NCBI GenBank assembly: GCA_964530995.1
Contig: CAZHCG010000005.1
Location: 3,853 to 67,852, forward strand
Reading direction: 5' to 3'
Source: an uncultured Myxococcales bacterium
GTDB taxonomy: Bacteria > Myxococcota_A > Polyangia > JAAYKL01
DNA length: 64,000 nt
The notes beneath the pieces are model-generated. The model was not told the origin of the DNA. It was given only the letters and a program-made list of their open reading frames with translations, and searched no databases. The position numbers were made by a program, and so were the translations under genes. This document shows positions 26,649-35,455 of the stretch, in pieces (the first letter of the stretch is position 1; every line of letters begins with the position of its first letter).

Positions 26649-27044
26649 ATGTATCGATCCGGAATTCTGATCGCCGCCGCCCGGTGGCTGCGCAGGTACC
26701 TGGTGGCGTTGGCGCTGATCGGGACGCTGGCGGCCGCGATGATCCAGGTCTATACCACCGGCGTGGGGCCGAGGCCCCAGCAGCCTCCCGAAGGCTACGT
26801 CGTGGAGCGCGACCGCGCCTCGCTGCAGTGGGACAAGGGCACGATCGAGAGGCCGATCGAGCTGCAGGTGTCGATCGACGATCCCGAGTTCGGCAACCCG
26901 GCGGTCGAGCGCAAGACGAGCGGGACCTCCCACTCGTTGCGCGATCTCGAGCCGGGGAGCACCTACTACTGGCGGTTGGTCCAGGACGGCGAGCCGAGCC
27001 GCACGGCTAGCTTTTCGGTCTCGAAGTACAATGTCCACATCTGA
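26649..27044 (+). CDS. Small membrane-anchored fibronectin type III-like protein
   Basis: N-terminal TM, LQWD, and the LEPGSTYYWR FnIII-type motif. Confidence 0.7.
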   Translation: MYRSGILIAAARWLRRYLVALALIGTLAAAMIQVYTTGVGPRPQQPPEGYVVERDRASLQWDKGTIERPIELQVSIDDPEFGNPAVERKTSGTSHSLRDLEPGSTYYWRLVQDGEPSRTASFSVSKYNVHI

Positions 27045-29550
27045 TCGCCAAGAGAGCAAGCCGCCGGGGCGGTTGCGCCGCGCGGCGCGCTGGACCGCCG
27101 GGCTGCTGATGGCTCACGGTCATCACCTGCTGCCCGCGGCCGCGGCGATCATCACGCTCAGCTCGACCTACCTGATCCTGGGGCCGGTGCTCAATCGCTC
27201 GGGCGACAACATGTACCACCTGCTCAACGAGTGGGCGCTGGTCCACGCCTTCGCGGTGGGAGACGACCCGTTCGGGCCGCTGGGCCTGGAGTTCGGCCAG
27301 CCGATCCTGCGCTTCTACCAGTGCCTCTTCTACCTCGTGAACGCGCTTTTGCACGGGCTGACCACGCTCGACATCCGCTTCTTGCACAACCTGACGATCG
27401 TGGTCTGCTTCGCGCTGTCGCCGTTCTCCTACGCCTACTTCTTGCGCAAGCTGGGCCTCGACAGATGGGCGGCCGGGCTGGGCGGGATGCTGTCGATGAT
27501 CTCGATCGCCGCGTTCGGCAACTCCTTCGAGGCGTACCACCAGGCGGGAATAGTCACCCAGTCGATCGGAGGGCTGTTCTTTCCCTGGTTCATGGGCGCC
27601 TTCATCGGGATGCTGCGCGGCGAGAACAGTCCGGTCACGCCGGCGTTCCTCTTCGCCGTGGCGTTTCTCTCGCACGCGATCATGTCGGTCTTCACCGTCT
27701 TCGCCGGGGCGCTGTACTTCCTGGTGGCGGACGTGGGGCTGCGCCGCAACTGGAAACGGCTGGGCACGTTCTCCCTGATCGGCGCCGCGCTGGTGGCGTT
27801 CTGGGTGCTGCCTTTCGTCGCGCACACCAGGGAGATGCGGCCGGTGCCCGACTCGATCATCCGCGGGCGCGGCGTGGTCTGGTTCACCAGCGCTTCGCGC
27901 AGCGAGCTGGCGATGATCCTCTCCACCGGCAGGCTGCTCGACGACGGCAAGGCGCTGGGGGACGACCGCGTACCGGAGGATCGCTTCATCGACCGGATCA
28001 ACATCATCGGGACCCTCAAGCCGCGGCCCTCCGTCCTGACCGCGCTGACCGCGCTGGGATGCCTGCTGGCGCTGCCTCTGCTGCGCCGCAATTCTGTCCG
28101 GTACCTGCTCGCGGGGCTGGCCTTTTCGCTGATGCTGTTCGCCGGGCCGGACGATTTCGGATTTCTCAGGTACCTGCCGTTCATCGAGCACATCCAAACA
28201 TTTCGCTGTACGTACCTTGTCGAGTTCTTCGCCTTCGGGCTGGCCGCGTTCGGCTCCGAAGCGGTCCTGCGCTTCTTGCTGGGCTACGCGCGCACTCGCA
28301 GAGCGTTTCTGCGGCGCCCGCTGACTGCGGCCTGGATCCTGCTGGCCGGCCTGGGCCTGAGCTGGGTCGGAGCGGAGATCTACGCCCTGGGACAGAAGCA
28401 CCTGGTGGTCCGCAGCCCGCGACGTCTGAACGAGATGGTGGACGCGATGGCTCCGCTGCCCGATCGCGGCTACCCCTACCGCGTCGACGTCCAGTTCAAG
28501 GGGCGCCACAAGCTGCGCCACGGCTGGCTGCGGTTCTACGGCTACCAGCCCAAGTGCACGCACTGGAAGGGCACGGGGCCCAGCTCGGCCTACCACCTGT
28601 GCCGGACGCTGGGCAGCGCCACGCGCAACCCCAACCTGTACGCGCTGGCCGGGATCCGCTGGATATCGGGCCAGGAGGACGAGGTGGAGCGCCTCGTGGA
28701 GCACACCGACGACGACGGCGATCCGCTGCTCGATCGCTGGCCCAACGGAAAGGATCGCCGCGGGCGCGACAACGACTGGCACTACCTGCTGGACACCGGG
28801 CGCGATCACTTCCTGCGGCCGCTGGTGGGAAAACCGCTGCCCGTGGTCTGCACCCACAAGCAGTGGATCTGGATCAACCGCTCCTGGACCCACCGCTACC
28901 GCGGCAAGCTGTGGGCCGAGGAGACGCCGATCGCGATGCGCGTGCCGGCCGGAGAGCTGGGTGAGAGCGGATTGCTGGACAGCGCGCCGACGGTCTTCTA
29001 CTTCGACGCCTCGCGACTGGAGGAGGATCGCGAGGCGCTGGAGACCTACGAGGCAGAAGGCGGGAAAGTCGTGGCATCCACCGAGCTGGAGGGCATCGAG
29101 GCGACCGTGCTCGAGCAGGAGCCGATCTGGAAAGCGCTGCCCGCCGAGATGCGGAGGCTGCGCAGCAACCGGCCCTCCGAGCTGGAGCGCGAGGAGCTCG
29201 ATCCCGGCCTGGCCGTGACCCGCATCGAGCGCAGCCAACCGCTGAGCCGCAGCCACCAGTACTTCGAGTTCTGGGTCGACGCGCTCGAGCCGGTGGTCGC
29301 CGTGCTTCCGGCCGAGAGGGTGCCCGGATGGCGGGCCGAGCTGGACGGCGAGCCGTTGCCGGTCTTCTCCACCGGTCCCGATCTGTGCGGCGTGCTGCTG
29401 CCGGCCGGCGCGCACCGGCTGGTGTTCCACTGGGAGATGCCGGCCTGGCAGCGCGCGATGCAGCTCGTCTCGCTGGGAGGGCTGGTCTTCGTCCTGGGCG
29501 TCTGGGGCATGGGGGCGGCGCGGAGGCTGCGGCCGAGGAGGCGATCGTGA
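27031..29550 (+). CDS. YfhO / PTPS-related-type GT-C membrane protein
   Basis: GDNMYH in the first loop, G.PILRFYQ, about 12 TMs and a large extracytoplasmic domain. C-terminal YfhO-like PGWRAELDG...GVLLPAGAHRL plus a final TM. Confidence 0.78.
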   Translation: MSTSDRQESKPPGRLRRAARWTAGLLMAHGHHLLPAAAAIITLSSTYLILGPVLNRSGDNMYHLLNEWALVHAFAVGDDPFGPLGLEFGQPILRFYQCLFYLVNALLHGLTTLDIRFLHNLTIVVCFALSPFSYAYFLRKLGLDRWAAGLGGMLSMISIAAFGNSFEAYHQAGIVTQSIGGLFFPWFMGAFIGMLRGENSPVTPAFLFAVAFLSHAIMSVFTVFAGALYFLVADVGLRRNWKRLGTFSLIGAALVAFWVLPFVAHTREMRPVPDSIIRGRGVVWFTSASRSELAMILSTGRLLDDGKALGDDRVPEDRFIDRINIIGTLKPRPSVLTALTALGCLLALPLLRRNSVRYLLAGLAFSLMLFAGPDDFGFLRYLPFIEHIQTFRCTYLVEFFAFGLAAFGSEAVLRFLLGYARTRRAFLRRPLTAAWILLAGLGLSWVGAEIYALGQKHLVVRSPRRLNEMVDAMAPLPDRGYPYRVDVQFKGRHKLRHGWLRFYGYQPKCTHWKGTGPSSAYHLCRTLGSATRNPNLYALAGIRWISGQEDEVERLVEHTDDDGDPLLDRWPNGKDRRGRDNDWHYLLDTGRDHFLRPLVGKPLPVVCTHKQWIWINRSWTHRYRGKLWAEETPIAMRVPAGELGESGLLDSAPTVFYFDASRLEEDREALETYEAEGGKVVASTELEGIEATVLEQEPIWKALPAEMRRLRSNRPSELEREELDPGLAVTRIERSQPLSRSHQYFEFWVDALEPVVAVLPAERVPGWRAELDGEPLPVFSTGPDLCGVLLPAGAHRLVFHWEMPAWQRAMQLVSLGGLVFVLGVWGMGAARRLRPRRRS

Positions 29551-31025
29551 CCCGGCCCGACCTGTGGACGATCGGACGCTGGAGCCTGGTCGCGCTGGGC
29601 CTGGCGGTCGTGCTGGGAACCCACGCGACCCTGACCGGAATCTACCTGGAGACCAGCAACATGGGCGCGGACGAGGGCTTCTACGCGCTGGCGGCCCGCA
29701 AGGCGCTGGACGGCGAGATCCCTTATCGCGACTTCGGCTACACGCAGATGCCGCTGCTTCCCTACCTCAACGGCTTGGCGATGGAGATCGCGGGCTACGG
29801 GATGACCGAGCAGCGCGCGATCAACATCGCCTGGTCTTTCGTCGCTCTGCTGGCCGTGGTGCTGGCCCTGCGCCAGCGCTTCGGAAGCTTCGAGCCGGGG
29901 CTGGTCGCCGCCTGGTGCGTGGCCGCCTCGCCCCACTGGGCGGAGATGATGTCGATCGGGACCTCGCACGGATCGGCGAGCATGGCGATGGCGCTCAGCG
30001 CGGCGGCGGTGCTGACCGGCTGGAGCCCGGTCCGGCGCGCCGCCCTGCTGGCCGTGTTCGGCACGCTGGCTGTCGGGATTCGCCTCTCGTGCGCGCCGAT
30101 GGTGGCGGTGCTGGCACTGGTTCCGGTCGTCGAGGCCGAGAGCTGGCGGCGGCGGCTGCTGGCCGCGGCGCTGCCCCTCGTCGTGGCGCTGGTTGCGCTG
30201 GGTCCGTTCTTGCTGGCCGCGCCCGAGGCGATGCTGTTCAACGTCTGGGACTACCACCTGGCCTCGGTCTTCGATCGGCGCGGTCTGCACCAGGCGATGG
30301 AGTGGTGGCGCATCTCTCCGGCGGGGCACCTGGTGCTGGTCGCCGGCGCGGTGGCGCTGCCGCACCTCTTGCGGAGAAGGCTGTGGAGCGAGGCGCTGCT
30401 GATCGGCGCCGGCCTGGCTGGCGTGACGCTGCCGATGATTTCCGAGAGCGCCTACGGCGTCTACATCACTCCCGCCGCGCTGGTCGCGGCCACGGCCGGG
30501 ATCAACGCGTTTTGGAAAAGCGGCCACGCGCGGGGCAACCCGTTCCGCCACGTGATCTGGCTGCTGCCCGCGCTGGTGCTGTACCACCCGCTGCCCAAGC
30601 AGGTCGCGCGCGGCGACAACTCGATCGAGGTGGAGGAGATCGGCGAGTATCTGCGCGAGCGGGTTCCGCCGGGTCCGATCCTGACTCCCGTGCCGATCGT
30701 GGCGGTCGAGTCGGGGCGCGAGGTGGTGCGCGGAACCGAGATGGGGATGTTCGCCGCGATGCGCCCGGACCGCGAGAAGATCGCGCCCCGCCTGGGGTAC
30801 ACCACCTTGCCCGAGCTGACCCGGATCGTGGAGCGCAGGGAGCCGGCCGCGCTGGTGATGATGAAGGGCGGGTCGCGCTGGAACTTCAAGTGGCGGATCC
30901 CGACGCTGCGCCGCCAGCCGCGCAAGGCGTACGCCCTGTTCCGCCGCGCCGTGTCCGAGAGCTACAGGACCGTTCATCGCGGCCGGCGGATGGAGGTCCT
31001 GCTGCCGCGCGACGGGGTAGAATAG
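29547..31025 (+). CDS. GT-C fold glycosyltransferase (ArnT / family 39-like)
   Basis: DEGFYALAAR...GEIPYRDF..TQMPLLPY signature. GTG start overlaps the upstream stop. Confidence 0.8.
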   Translation: MTRPDLWTIGRWSLVALGLAVVLGTHATLTGIYLETSNMGADEGFYALAARKALDGEIPYRDFGYTQMPLLPYLNGLAMEIAGYGMTEQRAINIAWSFVALLAVVLALRQRFGSFEPGLVAAWCVAASPHWAEMMSIGTSHGSASMAMALSAAAVLTGWSPVRRAALLAVFGTLAVGIRLSCAPMVAVLALVPVVEAESWRRRLLAAALPLVVALVALGPFLLAAPEAMLFNVWDYHLASVFDRRGLHQAMEWWRISPAGHLVLVAGAVALPHLLRRRLWSEALLIGAGLAGVTLPMISESAYGVYITPAALVAATAGINAFWKSGHARGNPFRHVIWLLPALVLYHPLPKQVARGDNSIEVEEIGEYLRERVPPGPILTPVPIVAVESGREVVRGTEMGMFAAMRPDREKIAPRLGYTTLPELTRIVERREPAALVMMKGGSRWNFKWRIPTLRRQPRKAYALFRRAVSESYRTVHRGRRMEVLLPRDGVE

Positions 31026-31176
31026 CGCCGGAGGTGATCGCGATGAGAGCGTCCCACCGTCTCCGGCCTCTGCGAGCAGTTCGAGTCGATCCTGCCCCGC
31101 TGCGAGTGAGCCGGGCGCCGGGATTCTCGGGCGGCGATCTGTTATCGTACCGCCGGTATGGTAAGAGGTCCTTACC

Positions 31177-32331
31177 TCAGTCGATCACCCCGATCGTGGT
31201 GCAGTCGGTTGCGGTGGACGGGGAGAGAACTCCGTCGATCTCGACTCCGTTCTGTTCGGCGTTGATCCTGATCCTTCCCGCTCCGCCGCCTCCCGAGCCG
31301 GGGATGTAGCAGGGCGGATCATCGCAGAGGCCGTTCTCTCCGTCGGGATCGTCCCCGGCGCCGCCGTTCCCTCCGGCGTTGTGCGGGCTGTCCGGATCGT
31401 AGGCCCCGCCGGCCGGCTGGTCTCCGATCAGACCGTTCCTGCCGTCTTCGCTTCCCCCGCCGCCCCCGCCGCCGCCGTTGGCCGCCACCACTCCGTCGAT
31501 CACCACCGAGGGCGCCTCGAGCAGCACCGCGCCGCCGCTACCGCCCCCTCCGTTCTGCCCGCCGCCGCCGGGAACGCTGATCGCCCCGCTGCCCGTTATC
31601 CAGATTTTTTCTCCGGCCACGATTTGCAGCGCGCCCCCGCCGCCTCCGGAGAAGATGTTGCCCCCGCTCGATCCGCCGATCAGCGGCACGATCGGGGCGT
31701 TGCCGTAGACGTCGCCCCTGTTTTCTCCGTTGCCTCCCTGTCCTCCCTCGCCGCAGTAGCTGCCGCCGCCACCGCCGTGGTTGCCCGAGCCGGCCTCGCC
31801 GCCTCCCGGCCCGCGGCCCTCGTGGCTCGAGTCGGTGACGTCCGGAGAGTCGAAGCCGCCCGACATGCCGTTGGTCATCAGGCTCGGCCCTCCGTCCACC
31901 ACGCCGGCGATCGTCACCTCGCCGGTCGCGACCAGCGCGATCGGCAGGCTGCCTTGAGCCCGCACGTCGATCGCCTGCTCGACGCGAATGTTGCGCGCGG
32001 CGAACACCCCGACCAGGCTGCCGTCCGACTGCTCGAGCTCGAAGTACTCGTAGCTAGAGTCGTCGCTCGTGCAGCCCGCCTCGCCCATCTCGAAGTTGAG
32101 CTTGCCCGTGTCGCAGGTGGTCCCGTCGAAGACCAGGTCGCCGTCCAACCCGTCGAGGTCAAGCCCCTCCAGGTTGGACGGGACGAACGGCAGGCCGTCC
32201 ACCCCCTCGTCCGCGCCATCGGTGTCGGTGTCGCAGTCGCAGTCCTCGCAGAGATCGCAGCTCCCGACGAGCAGGGCCAGGCAGGCTGCGATCGCGGCCT
32301 TCACAGTTTCGTTTCTCGGTCGTGGTTTCAT
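31177..32331 (-). CDS. Exported glycine-rich protein (probable lipoprotein)
   Basis: Signal ending LLVGSC, a DCDCDTDTD linker, and repeated GGGGGALQI / GGGSGGAVLLEA / GGGGAGRIRIN Gly-rich units. Confidence 0.75.
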   Translation of the reverse strand: MKPRPRNETVKAAIAACLALLVGSCDLCEDCDCDTDTDGADEGVDGLPFVPSNLEGLDLDGLDGDLVFDGTTCDTGKLNFEMGEAGCTSDDSSYEYFELEQSDGSLVGVFAARNIRVEQAIDVRAQGSLPIALVATGEVTIAGVVDGGPSLMTNGMSGGFDSPDVTDSSHEGRGPGGGEAGSGNHGGGGGSYCGEGGQGGNGENRGDVYGNAPIVPLIGGSSGGNIFSGGGGGALQIVAGEKIWITGSGAISVPGGGGQNGGGGSGGAVLLEAPSVVIDGVVAANGGGGGGGGSEDGRNGLIGDQPAGGAYDPDSPHNAGGNGGAGDDPDGENGLCDDPPCYIPGSGGGGAGRIRINAEQNGVEIDGVLSPSTATDCTTIGVID

Positions 32332-32432
32332 CTCGAAAACCTCCTTTCACCACTACATCGACCGTTTGCCCCGAAGAGTTGCAAAAAAGTCGAACGGCCG
32401 GGCCCGGTGAGGGGAACGAGGGGGGGTGAGGC

Positions 32433-34160
32433 TCAGGAGCGCAGGGCCTCGCAGGCGGCGGCCCTCGGTTGGGAGTCGGCGTCTCGCCCGGGCCTTGCTC
32501 GCTCGGTCTCGCCTTGCCTCGAGAGTGCCTCGCTCCTCTCGCCGGCTCGGTAGCGGGTTACGATCGTCTTGGGCTGCAGGCCGTCTCCCAGCATCGCGAG
32601 CCTCAGCTTCCAGATTCGCATCAGCGTCGCGGCGGCCCGGCGCTCCAGGCGCTCCCGCACGGTGGGAGGGCCCAGCTCCCGGTCCAGCTCGGCCGACAGG
32701 CGGCCGGCGCGCTCTCGCTCCAGCTCGCTGGGGGCGAGGCGGGCCAGGCCGGGCAGCATCGCTCCGTACTCTCGCGCGCGGCGGGCCAGCCGCTCGCGGC
32801 GTACCTCCAGGTTGGCGTCCCTGTCCGGCAGGGCGTCGAGCTTGCGGTAGCCGCGCAGCGCGGTCTCGGCCACGCGGTACATCGAGCTGGAGTTGACCTC
32901 GAAGTCCCGGCGGAAGGCGCGCTCGATCCAGCGCTGCGGCTCGTCCTCGTCGAAGGCGGGATGGCGGTAGTTGAGATACTTCTGCCCGTGCCACTCCTCG
33001 TAGGGCAGATCGGTGCGCAGGATCCCGCGCGCCTGGTGGTCGAGGTAGAGGCCGGTGACCGGCATCGAGGTCAGCAGCATGAACTGCACCATGTCGGCCT
33101 CCAGCCCCACCATGAAGTCGATGTCCTCTTGCATGTTGTCCGGCGTGTGGTGCTCCATGCACAGGATGCCCGAGGCCAGCACCGAGATCCCGTGGTCGCG
33201 CAGCTCGCGCACCATCGCCGCGGCGTCTATGCCCTTGTTCTTGGCGTACTCGTCGCGGCGCGACGTCGACTCGAAACCGATCCAGACGAAATCGACTCCC
33301 AGCCGCACCAGGTTCTCCACTCCGAAATTCTTTATCGCCCTGGCCGACGAGAAGATGTGGAAGTCGAAGAAGCGCTGGTGACGCTCCATCTCGTCGAGCA
33401 GCTCCAGCGCCCGCTCGCGGTTCTCGAGGAAGTTCTCGTCCATCACGAACAGGGAGTCGCTGCCCAGCTGGTCGGATACGCGCCGGGCGGTGCGGAACAG
33501 GTCTCGCCCGTCTTTCAGGAAGGACGAGTAGCGTTTTTGAAAGAAGTGAGAGGTCGCGCAGAACTTGCACCCGTTGACGCAGCCCACGCCCGGGACGAGC
33601 AGCCCCGCGGTGGGCCCCGGCACCGGGACGCCGAAGATGCGCTGGTCCTGGGTGCTCGGCAGCACCGGGTGGGAGATGGGTTCCGCGGGATCCTGGCCCA
33701 GGTAGCTTCGCAGCCAGCGGATGCCCTCGCCCTTGACCACGTGGTCGCAGTCGATCAGTCGCTCCAATCCCTCGATCGCGGTTCCGTGCCCTCCGAGCAG
33801 TATCTCCGCGCCCGGCGCGTGGATTCTGGCCAGCCCGGCCATCTCGCGGGCCTTGAGGAAGTTGGGCGCGATGAAGGAGATGCCGACCGCGTCCCAGCCC
33901 TTGCGCAGCTCGCTGACGAAGCGGCTCTTGGAGGGGAAGTCGAGGACCGTCACGTCGGCGTCGACGTTCTCGGCCAGGAAGTAGAGACCGAACGAACGGT
34001 GGTGAAAACGAAACGAGACCGGGCCCTGTCCCTTGGTCACCTGGTTGTGGAACAGCTCCATGATGTTTTCTTTGCGCCCGTACTCGTCGTCCACCCCGTA
34101 GGGGCCGAAAACCCCGGCGAGCAGAATCCTGGGAGGCGAGTCGCGGTGGTGTCGCTTCAT
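32433..34160 (-). CDS. Cobalamin-binding radical SAM protein
   Basis: N-terminal B12-binding Rossmann region (VGISF...ILLGGHG), CxxxCxxC motif GCVNGCKFC, DENF, IGFES. Confidence 0.88.
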   Translation of the reverse strand: MKRHHRDSPPRILLAGVFGPYGVDDEYGRKENIMELFHNQVTKGQGPVSFRFHHRSFGLYFLAENVDADVTVLDFPSKSRFVSELRKGWDAVGISFIAPNFLKAREMAGLARIHAPGAEILLGGHGTAIEGLERLIDCDHVVKGEGIRWLRSYLGQDPAEPISHPVLPSTQDQRIFGVPVPGPTAGLLVPGVGCVNGCKFCATSHFFQKRYSSFLKDGRDLFRTARRVSDQLGSDSLFVMDENFLENRERALELLDEMERHQRFFDFHIFSSARAIKNFGVENLVRLGVDFVWIGFESTSRRDEYAKNKGIDAAAMVRELRDHGISVLASGILCMEHHTPDNMQEDIDFMVGLEADMVQFMLLTSMPVTGLYLDHQARGILRTDLPYEEWHGQKYLNYRHPAFDEDEPQRWIERAFRRDFEVNSSSMYRVAETALRGYRKLDALPDRDANLEVRRERLARRAREYGAMLPGLARLAPSELERERAGRLSAELDRELGPPTVRERLERRAAATLMRIWKLRLAMLGDGLQPKTIVTRYRAGERSEALSRQGETERARPGRDADSQPRAAACEALRS

Positions 34161-34332
34161 GTTTTCAGCTCCTTGCTGGCGTTCGGCCTCGACGCCGAGG
34201 CCATGCTCATCTCACTGCAGCATGCCTCACCGAAGTCACGATGAGGTCATTTCGGTGTGGACACTCGAGCACTGTCCGGTCATGGTTCTGTCATCGGATC
34301 GGGCCGGGCCCCGACATTCGACAGGAGGTGCC

Positions 34333-35451
34333 ATGCCACTCTACGGCACGTTCGACACCATCCAGCTGGCCGATTTGACCCAGTGGATCCAGGGATCGCG
34401 GCTGGACGGGACTCTGACCGTGACGGTGGATACCGAGGATACCTACCTGGTCTTCGAGGACGGCGATCTGGTCGCGCTGGGCTCGGACGACCCGCTGCGC
34501 CGCGATCTGGGGCAGGAGCTGCTGGCGCGCGGGCTGGTCTCCGAGCCGGATCTGCACGAGGTGCTGAGAGGCTCCGGGGGAGGAGCCGAGGCGGTGACCG
34601 CCCTGCTCGAGACGGGAATCGTCGGCGAGGAACAGGTCGCCGAGGTCCAGCGGGAGCACGCGCTGGAGACGGTGCTCGATCTTTTCTTCCACACCAGCGG
34701 AAGCTTCCACTTCTCCAGCGGGGAAGGCGGAGGGCTGCTCGACGAGGCGGCGCGGCCGGAGACGACGCCGCTGCAACGGCCGATCGCCACGCGGGAGCTG
34801 CTGGTCGAGGCGATGCGCCGGCTGGACGAGTGGCACCGCATGCGCGAGGTGATCCCCAGCCAGTGCTCGGTGGTGCGCGCGCTCGAGGGCGAGTCCGACG
34901 TCCCCGCGTGGAGGGAGCTGCGCGCGCTGGGAGCGCCGGTCTCGGTGGAGGCGCTCTGCCTGCGGTTGAATGCCAGCCGTTACGAGGTCTACCGGCAGCT
35001 GTACGGCCTCCACTCGGAGGGGCTGGTGGCTTTCGACGAGCTGGGGGGAGGGCAGAGCGATCACGCCCGCCTGGGCCCGGTGCACGTCCTGGTGGACAAC
35101 GCGCGATTGCTGATCGAGGAAAAGCAGTTCGACGAGGCGCGCGAGGTGCTCTCCACCGCGGTCAACCTCAACCCGGACAGCGGCGAGGCGCGCGAGCTGC
35201 TGCGCGAGCTGAGACGCCTGCAGCTGGAGCACCTCTACCAGCAGCTGCAGCCGCACCGCGTGCCGCTGCTCACCGCCGCCGCCCAGCGCCTCGATTCGAT
35301 GGATCTCGGTCCGCGCGAGAAGTACCTGATCTCGCGCCTCGAGGGCGGACACGACGTGGCGACCCTGGTGGTCGCGACTCCTCTCGGCGAGCTGGAGACG
35401 CTGCGCATCCTGAGCAAGCTGCTGCACGCCGGGATTGTCCGTCTCTCCTGA
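34333..35451 (+). CDS. DUF4388 (PatA-N) domain protein with TPR-like C-terminus
   Basis: LYGTFDTIQLADLTQW...GTLTV, LGQELLARGLV, LVEAMRRLDEW. RBS AGGAGG. Confidence 0.85.
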   Translation: MPLYGTFDTIQLADLTQWIQGSRLDGTLTVTVDTEDTYLVFEDGDLVALGSDDPLRRDLGQELLARGLVSEPDLHEVLRGSGGGAEAVTALLETGIVGEEQVAEVQREHALETVLDLFFHTSGSFHFSSGEGGGLLDEAARPETTPLQRPIATRELLVEAMRRLDEWHRMREVIPSQCSVVRALEGESDVPAWRELRALGAPVSVEALCLRLNASRYEVYRQLYGLHSEGLVAFDELGGGQSDHARLGPVHVLVDNARLLIEEKQFDEAREVLSTAVNLNPDSGEARELLRELRRLQLEHLYQQLQPHRVPLLTAAAQRLDSMDLGPREKYLISRLEGGHDVATLVVATPLGELETLRILSKLLHAGIVRLS

Positions 35452-35455
35452 TTTG

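Noticed and set aside
27007-30977. 807-aa and 643-aa minus-strand ORFs
   Set aside because: Antisense to well-supported GT-C genes within a coupled plus-strand operon.
34161-34332. Cobalamin riboswitch upstream of the B12 radical SAM gene
   Set aside because: No B12-box or conserved riboswitch segments were recognised, and the gap is short.
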